A stretch of DNA of 32,000 nucleotides from Candidatus Saccharimonadota bacterium (GTDB lineage Bacteria; Bacteroidota; Bacteroidia; Flavobacteriales; Blattabacteriaceae): NCBI RefSeq assembly GCF_028673255.1, contig NZ_CP110504.1, positions 30,001 through 62,000 of the forward strand, in the 5' to 3' direction. Each line of letters begins with the position of its first letter. The first letter of the stretch is position 1. Positions 26,498-32,000 of the stretch are shown here, one piece after another. The notes below the pieces were generated by a model. That model did no database searches and was not told where the DNA came from. It saw nothing but the letters and a program-made list of their open reading frames with translations. The position numbers and the translations under genes are program-made.

Positions 26498-28121
26498 ATA
26501 TCTTATTTATATCTAAGAAGTAAAAGATTTTGTTATATAATTTATATCGTACTTTTTCAAGTTTTACTATTTTGGTAATGAGTTTACTTATTTCTAAAAA
26601 CGCGATATTTTTTGTAAATTCTAACTTGTAATAGTGGTAGAGCTTTTGAGATATTAATTCTGAAATTTGTTTCTCATTTTTGTAATCAAGCTTAGACAAA
26701 GAAAGATACAGATCATATAATAACCTACATAAATATATTCTTTTTAAAAACTTAGGAGCAGAAGTAATTTCAAAACCTTTTATTTGAAAACCAAAGTGTT
26801 TGAAAATTTCTATAATTCCTGCTTGTCTTCGTTGTTCATCTTGTTTATCCTTTTTATAAATTGTAAAATCTGTAAAACTCTCTAACTTAATCGGGTGATC
26901 TAACCTTTTGTTTGTTTTTATTTCTTTTTTAAAGTTATAATCTAAAATTATATTAGATGCTAGAGTTTTATTAATTATTAAAATTCCAAAATCTAAAAGA
27001 CAGAATATATATTTTTTTTTATATATCTTATAAGGAACCTGCTGAAAATCAATTTTCTTAATAACTTCTTTCAAAGTATTTTCTTTCGAGTAATTGCTCT
27101 TATTGCTATTCCAGCATTTAAAAACATCCTTTAGTCCTAAAGATTCTTTAATTATTATATTAATCTTTTTACAAATTTCTGCTTCTGATTTAATGAGTAT
27201 TTTTGTTTTTGATTGACAAATATTGATTTCAATTTTTGGTTGTGGAATATTTATAAATAAAAAATAATTTGGTTTATTACTTTTGCTTATTATCCCGTTA
27301 TAGGCACTAATAATGGCGGTGTGAATTCTTTTGTTTACTACATATCTATTATTAACAAATAAATAAGAATTATTAACTTTAGTATTAAAAAAACTTGTAG
27401 AAGTGATATATCCTTTTATAAGAAATAACTTTTCTTTTTTCATCACTTTTATTAAGACATTCTGATAATAATCGCCAAAGATTTCAATTATTCTAGATTT
27501 TATATCTGATTTTTTAAAACGTGTAATTCTCTTATTATTATGCATAATTAAAAAGTTTGTATAAGGGTGTGAAAGAACTATCTTATGAACTTCTGATATT
27601 ATATATCTTAATTCTATTGTTGAAGATTTTAAAAAGTTTTTTCTATTGGGAAAATTGTAAAATAAGTTTTTAACATATATACTAGTACCATTTACTAAAT
27701 TCTTCAATAATACAGTTTTAAATTTTCTTTTGTTATTTGCTAAAGTTAAGAATACTCCCAATTCTGAGTTGTTTCTTTTAGTGTATATTTCTATATTGCT
27801 AACCAAAGAAATATAGTATAGAGCTTCGCCTCTGAAGCCTTTAGTATTTATATATTTTATATCTTTAAGAGATTCAATTTTTGAAGTATAAAATCTACTA
27901 ATACTATTTTTTGCTTCTGAAGGATTCATACCTTCTCCATCATCTATGACATGAATTAAATCTTTTCCACCATTTGATAATATCAATTGAATATTTTTTG
28001 CCTTTGCATCAATTGAGTTTTCTAATAATTCTTTTACTACTGCAGAGGGTCTTTTAATTACATATCCTGCTGAAATTTTCTTTGCATCTTGGTGTGGTAA
28101 AATTTGTAGCTTATTTTTCAT
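26463..28121 (-). CDS. mutL: DNA mismatch repair protein MutL homologue (552 aa)
   Basis: GHKL ATPase motifs are present: VVKELLENSIDA, IHVIDDGEGM, GFRGEAL. The C-terminal dimerisation region aligns by eye to MutL, but the DQHA..E motif reads NKTLASN. Confidence 0.88.
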   Translation of the reverse strand: MKNKLQILPHQDAKKISAGYVIKRPSAVVKELLENSIDAKAKNIQLILSNGGKDLIHVIDDGEGMNPSEAKNSISRFYTSKIESLKDIKYINTKGFRGEALYYISLVSNIEIYTKRNNSELGVFLTLANNKRKFKTVLLKNLVNGTSIYVKNLFYNFPNRKNFLKSSTIELRYIISEVHKIVLSHPYTNFLIMHNNKRITRFKKSDIKSRIIEIFGDYYQNVLIKVMKKEKLFLIKGYITSTSFFNTKVNNSYLFVNNRYVVNKRIHTAIISAYNGIISKSNKPNYFLFINIPQPKIEINICQSKTKILIKSEAEICKKINIIIKESLGLKDVFKCWNSNKSNYSKENTLKEVIKKIDFQQVPYKIYKKKYIFCLLDFGILIINKTLASNIILDYNFKKEIKTNKRLDHPIKLESFTDFTIYKKDKQDEQRRQAGIIEIFKHFGFQIKGFEITSAPKFLKRIYLCRLLYDLYLSLSKLDYKNEKQISELISQKLYHYYKLEFTKNIAFLEISKLITKIVKLEKVRYKLYNKIFYFLDINKIFLKYVYKPDSV

Positions 28122-28130
28122 TGTTATTTA

Positions 28131-29636
28131 TTACAAAATTTTAATTGTAGGAAAAAATAATACATCATTAATATTTCTTTGATTAGTAAATAACATGATT
28201 AATCGGTCAATACCAAATCCTATTCCAGTACAAGGTGGCATACCATATTCTAAGGAAAGAAGAAAGTCTTTATCTATTAACATATTTTCAGCTTCAATTT
28301 TATTATATAATTTAATTTGTTGTTTAAATCTCTTGAATTGATCAATTGGATCATTTAATTCTGAATAAGAATTTGCTATTTCGACACCATTAATAATCAA
28401 TTCGAATCTTTCAGATACCCCATTTTTAAAGCGATGTTTTTTAGCTAATGGACTCATTTCAATGGGAAAATCAATTATAAAAGTTGGTTTAATAATTTTT
28501 TTTTCACATTTTTGACTGAATATTTGATCGAGAATTTGTCCTTTTTTCATATTCTTATCAATTTTAACATTTATTTCAGCACATATTTTTATAATTTCAG
28601 GTTCTCTAGTATCACTTAGGTCAAAGCCAGTATAAATTTGAAGAGCTTCAAAAAAAGTAATTTGTTGAAATGGGTCAATAAATGGTGAAAGAAAATTAAT
28701 ATCTTGTTTACCTACTTTGAAAGTAAAGCATTGGTAAATGTTACAACAAATTTTGTTTAAGAATTTTTCAGTGAATTTCATCATCCAATAATAATCTTTA
28801 TATGATATATATAATTCTAGAATAGTAAATTCTGGATTATGTTTTTTATCTATACCTTCATTTCTAAAATTCCGAGAAAACTCATAAACTTTTTCTAAAC
28901 CTCCAACCAGTAATTTTTTTAAATATAATTCATTTGAAATTCTTAAATAGAAGGTACTTTTTAAGGTGTTATGATATGTAATAAAAGGTCTAGCAATAGC
29001 TCCACCCGGAATAGCTTGTAAAATAGGAGTTTCAACTTCTAAATAATTCCTTTCATTTAAATAATTCCTTATAAAAGTTATGATTTGAATACGTGTTAAA
29101 ATAACATGTTTAATTTCTTCATTAACAAGAAAATCAACATATTTAATTCTATGTCTTTTTTCATTTTTAGAAAAAGAATCAAATGTATTTCCCGATTTAT
29201 CTATTTTTACGTTTGGTAAAGTATGTAGACATTTAGATAATAACTTTATTTTTTTTGCAAATACAGAAATTTGTTTTTTTTTCGTTTTGAATAAGTAACC
29301 TTTAATCCCTATTATATCTCCGATATCTAAAAGTTTTTTGAAAAACAAATTGTATATCTTTTTTTCATAATTAAAATTGTTTATTGATATATATATTTGT
29401 ATGATTCCATATTTATCTTTTAATTCTATAAAAGAAGCTTTTCCCATTCTTCGAATTCTAATAATTCTACCCGCCAGAATAACCTTTTTCTTTTTTTTGT
29501 AATTATTCCTTATTTCTTTTGAATTATAAGTTATTGTATATTCTTCAGAAGGATAAGGATTAATATTTATTTGTTTTAATGTTTTAAGCTTTTTTATTCT
29601 TATCAAATTTTGCTCAGAAAGACACCAAGTTCTCAT
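28131..29636 (-). CDS. lysS: lysine--tRNA ligase (class II)
   Basis: A 501-aa protein with an OB anticodon-binding N-domain and class II motifs FRNEGIDKKHNPEFT and GGIGFGIDRLIML-like (CTGIGFGIDRLIMLF). Confidence 0.93.
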   Translation of the reverse strand: MRTWCLSEQNLIRIKKLKTLKQININPYPSEEYTITYNSKEIRNNYKKKKKVILAGRIIRIRRMGKASFIELKDKYGIIQIYISINNFNYEKKIYNLFFKKLLDIGDIIGIKGYLFKTKKKQISVFAKKIKLLSKCLHTLPNVKIDKSGNTFDSFSKNEKRHRIKYVDFLVNEEIKHVILTRIQIITFIRNYLNERNYLEVETPILQAIPGGAIARPFITYHNTLKSTFYLRISNELYLKKLLVGGLEKVYEFSRNFRNEGIDKKHNPEFTILELYISYKDYYWMMKFTEKFLNKICCNIYQCFTFKVGKQDINFLSPFIDPFQQITFFEALQIYTGFDLSDTREPEIIKICAEINVKIDKNMKKGQILDQIFSQKCEKKIIKPTFIIDFPIEMSPLAKKHRFKNGVSERFELIINGVEIANSYSELNDPIDQFKRFKQQIKLYNKIEAENMLIDKDFLLSLEYGMPPCTGIGFGIDRLIMLFTNQRNINDVLFFPTIKIL

Positions 29637-29649
29637 TCAGATAATATTA

Positions 29650-29723
29650 AGACCTTGAAAGGAGTTGAACCCTTACTCTTCTGATCCGTAGTCAGATGCT
29701 TTATCCAATTAAGCTACAAGGCC
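29650..29723 (-). tRNA. tRNA-Arg (anticodon ACG)
   Basis: Folded by hand as a 74-nt cloverleaf: GGCCTTG/TA/GCTT-AATTGGATA-AAGC/A/TCTGA-CTACGGA-TCAGA/AGAGT/AAGGG-TTCAACT-CCTTT/CAAGGTC/T. Confidence 0.88.
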
Positions 29724-29878
29724 AAGGATATGATATAAACTGAAAATTTTTTATAACTTTTATGTTATATATATCCTGAAAACATACGCAGTTATAAGAT
29801 CAGTATTGCAGTCATATATGAAATGCTGTGACTGACTTACTTACTAAGTAAGAACTAGGTACTTAGAAGCCTAGAAGA

Positions 29879-30868
29879 ATGAAAAAAATTACGAATGCAA
29901 CCTATTTGAAGTGGTATAAAGATATGTCTTTTTGGAGGAACTTTGAAGAAAGATGCAGATCATTATATTTAAAACAAAAGATAAGTGGTTTTCTCCATTT
30001 ATATAGTGGGCAAGAAGCTATCCCGTCCGGTATAACTTATGTAATGAATTTAAAAACAGATAATATGATTACTGGATATAGATGTCATATACTTGCTTTA
30101 GCAATGGGAATAGACCCAAAAAAGGTGATGGCAGAATTATATGGAAAAAAGACTGGTACTTCAAGTGGTTTAGGTGGATCTATGCATATATTTAGTAAAA
30201 GATATAGATTTTATGGCGGATATGGCATTGTAGGTGGACAAATTCCATTAGGAGCAGGTATTGCATTTGCTGATAAATACTTTAATAGAGAAGCAGTTAC
30301 TGTGACATTTCTGGGAGATGGGGCTATTTGGCAAGGTGCTTTACATGAAACTTTCAATATGTCAATGCTCCTTAAGTTACCAGTAGTTTATATCTGCGAA
30401 AACAATACATATGCAATGGGAACTTCAGTAACAACAATTTCATGTATTAAAAATATTTTCAAAATTGGATGTTCATACGATATGCCAGCTAAATCATTAG
30501 ACGGAACTAGCCCATTAAAAATTGCTAAAGAAGTAGAGAAAGCTATTAAAAGAGCTAAAAATGGCAAAGGACCTTCTTTTTTAGAAATATTAACTTATAG
30601 ATTTCGGGGACATTCGATGTCTGATCCTGAATCTTATAGAACAAGAGAGGAAGTAATAGAACATAAAAGATATGATCCAATTTTAAAAATAAAAAACAAA
30701 ATATTAGAACAACAACTTCTTAATAAAAAGTTCTTAACTGCGCTTGATTTAGAATTAATAAAAAAAATAGATGAATGTGTTGTTTTTGCAGAAATCTCTG
30801 AATCACCACATAAAAATACTATGTATAATGTGGTTTATTCTCAAAAAAAATATCCTTTTTTAAAATAA
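29879..30868 (+). CDS. pdhA: pyruvate dehydrogenase E1 component, alpha subunit
   Basis: LYSGQEAIPSGI, the TPP motif FLGDGAIWQGALHETFNMSMLLKLPVVYICENNTYAMGTS, and YRFRGHSMSDP. Confidence 0.93.
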   Translation: MKKITNATYLKWYKDMSFWRNFEERCRSLYLKQKISGFLHLYSGQEAIPSGITYVMNLKTDNMITGYRCHILALAMGIDPKKVMAELYGKKTGTSSGLGGSMHIFSKRYRFYGGYGIVGGQIPLGAGIAFADKYFNREAVTVTFLGDGAIWQGALHETFNMSMLLKLPVVYICENNTYAMGTSVTTISCIKNIFKIGCSYDMPAKSLDGTSPLKIAKEVEKAIKRAKNGKGPSFLEILTYRFRGHSMSDPESYRTREEVIEHKRYDPILKIKNKILEQQLLNKKFLTALDLELIKKIDECVVFAEISESPHKNTMYNVVYSQKKYPFLK

Positions 30869-30892
30869 AAAATACTATTTTCAAAGAAACAA

Positions 30893-32000
30893 ATGGCAGA
30901 GATTATTTACATGCCACGCTTAAGTGATACTATGAAAGAAGGGACAATAGTAAAATGGTATAAACAAGTCGGAGAAAAAGTATCCTCAGGTGAAATCTTA
31001 GCAGAAATAGAAACTGATAAAGCTATTCAAGAATTTGAATCAGAATTTAATGCTACTCTACTTTATAGAGGAGTTAATGAAGGAGAAACAGCAAAACTAA
31101 ATGATCTTTTATGTATTTTGGGAAAACAAAATGAAAAGATAGAGTATTTAATAAAAAAGAAATACAACAAGGAAAATAGTATTAAATCTGAGAAGCAAAT
31201 AGTAAATAAAGATATGAATCATATAAAAGAAAAAAAATGCTTAATTTCGCCATTAGCAAAAAAAATTGCTTTAGAGGAAAGGATAAACTTAAAAGATATA
31301 AAAGGAAGTGGACCACAAAACCGAATTGTTAAAAAAGACATATTAACAATTATTAAAAAGAAAGCAAAGAAAATAAAACCAATTTCTAATATAAGAAAAA
31401 TAATAATTGACCGATTATCAAAATCCAAAAAGATTTCACCACATTATTATTTATTTATCGAATTGCCTGCAGATAATTTAATTAAATTTAAAAAGTATAT
31501 TAATAAAATATATAATAGTAAAATTTCTTTTAATGATTTAATAGTGAAAGCTACTGCTTTATCACTTAAAAAAAACCAAGAAATAAATTCTTCATTTAAT
31601 AAAGAAAGAATTATCTATCACAAAGATATTAATATCGGGATAGCAGTTTCTTATCCTGAAGGACTAATTGTCCCTGTCATAAATTCAGTAGACAAAAAAT
31701 CTGTAAGAAAAATTTCACAAGAACTAAAAGAAAAAGTAGAAAAATCTAGAAATAAAAACAATTCTCCCAAAGATTTGGTCGGAAGTACTTTTACAATTTC
31801 TAATTTAGGGATGTTTGGGATAGATTTTTTTACTTCTATAATAAATCAACCTAATTCTAGTATTTTATCAGTAGGAAGTATTCAAAGAAAACCGATAATT
31901 GAGAAAAACAAAATCAAAATAGGAAATACTATTACATTTACATTAGCTTGTGATCATAGAATTATAGATGGAGCAGTAGGAAGTGCCTTCTTGCTTACTT
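30893..32000 (+). CDS. pdhC: dihydrolipoamide acetyltransferase (PDH E2), 3' end outside window
   Basis: Not in the ORF track because no stop lies before the window end. Hand translation from ATG 30893 gives a lipoyl domain (MPRLSDTMKEGTIVKW...EIETDKA), an E3-binding domain (SPLAKKIALEERINLKDIKGSGPQNRIVKKDI) and a catalytic domain (LACDHRIIDGAVG). Confidence 0.9.
   Translation, partial: MAEIIYMPRLSDTMKEGTIVKWYKQVGEKVSSGEILAEIETDKAIQEFESEFNATLLYRGVNEGETAKLNDLLCILGKQNEKIEYLIKKKYNKENSIKSEKQIVNKDMNHIKEKKCLISPLAKKIALEERINLKDIKGSGPQNRIVKKDILTIIKKKAKKIKPISNIRKIIIDRLSKSKKISPHYYLFIELPADNLIKFKKYINKIYNSKISFNDLIVKATALSLKKNQEINSSFNKERIIYHKDINIGIAVSYPEGLIVPVINSVDKKSVRKISQELKEKVEKSRNKNNSPKDLVGSTFTISNLGMFGIDFFTSIINQPNSSILSVGSIQRKPIIEKNKIKIGNTITFTLACDHRIIDGAVGSAFLLT

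Noticed and set aside
29701-29712. The DnaA-box-like string TTATCCAAT, considered as a possible origin signal.
   Set aside because: It lies inside tRNA-Arg as the complement of the D-loop, occurs only once and is an imperfect match.
29760-29878. A TPP riboswitch upstream of pdhA, which encodes a TPP-dependent enzyme.
   Set aside because: No match to the conserved CUGAGA...ACCUGAUCUGGAUAAUGCCAGCG core, and the G-rich helices are absent.
31219-31428. A 69-aa minus-strand ORF.
   Set aside because: It is antisense to pdhC (E2), whose frame is open from 30893 to the window end with all three expected domains.
1-32000. A scan of the whole window for CRISPR arrays, IS or transposase remnants, integrases, toxin-antitoxin or defence genes, and rRNA genes.
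   Set aside because: None were seen. Every ORF above about 60 aa on the coding strand is assignable to a housekeeping family, and no spacer is long enough to hide such elements.

Overview
The window is a nearly spacer-free stretch of a drastically reduced, very AT-rich bacterial genome. Gene order and protein sequences point to a Bacteroidota/Flavobacteriia insect nutritional endosymbiont, Sulcia-like. The supporting signs are str-S10-spc-alpha operons with fusA directly followed by rpsJ and no tuf, a short Bacteroidota-type RpoD, and no Shine-Dalgarno motifs upstream of starts. This attribution rests on recognition only and is unverified.

I can support 47 protein-coding regions, two of them cut by the window edges. 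They are:
- 30 ribosomal protein genes
- translation and transcription factors: infA, infB, fusA, rpoA, rpoD
- RNA and rRNA/tRNA modification genes: pnp, tsaD, rsmG, rsmH
- other housekeeping genes: lysS, mutL, sufS
- pyruvate dehydrogenase genes: pdhA, pdhB, pdhC
- a shrunken aminotransferase-like ORF

The RNA genes are three tRNAs (Glu-UUC, Gln-UUG, Arg-ACG) and a reduced RNase P RNA. Two small genes missing from the ORF track (rpmF, rpmJ) and the 3'-open pdhC were found by hand translation. TGA ends several genes exactly where the proteins should end, so the standard bacterial code applies.

I found no mobile elements, CRISPR array, defence locus or any convincing undescribed multi-gene system. 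This is core housekeeping DNA.

The observations worth a second look are all signatures of genome erosion:
- a frame break inside essential rplP
- absence of secY/map, rpmC and rpmD from their conserved operon slots
- an aminotransferase shrunk to about 60% of normal length but still an open frame
- a MutL with intact ATPase motifs but a degenerate endonuclease motif
- rnpB overlapping the mutL 3' end
- an in-frame 24-nt tandem duplication in rpsC
- pervasive gene overlaps and long in-frame poly(A) runs

All protein similarity calls come from reading translations by eye against remembered family consensus. No searches were run.
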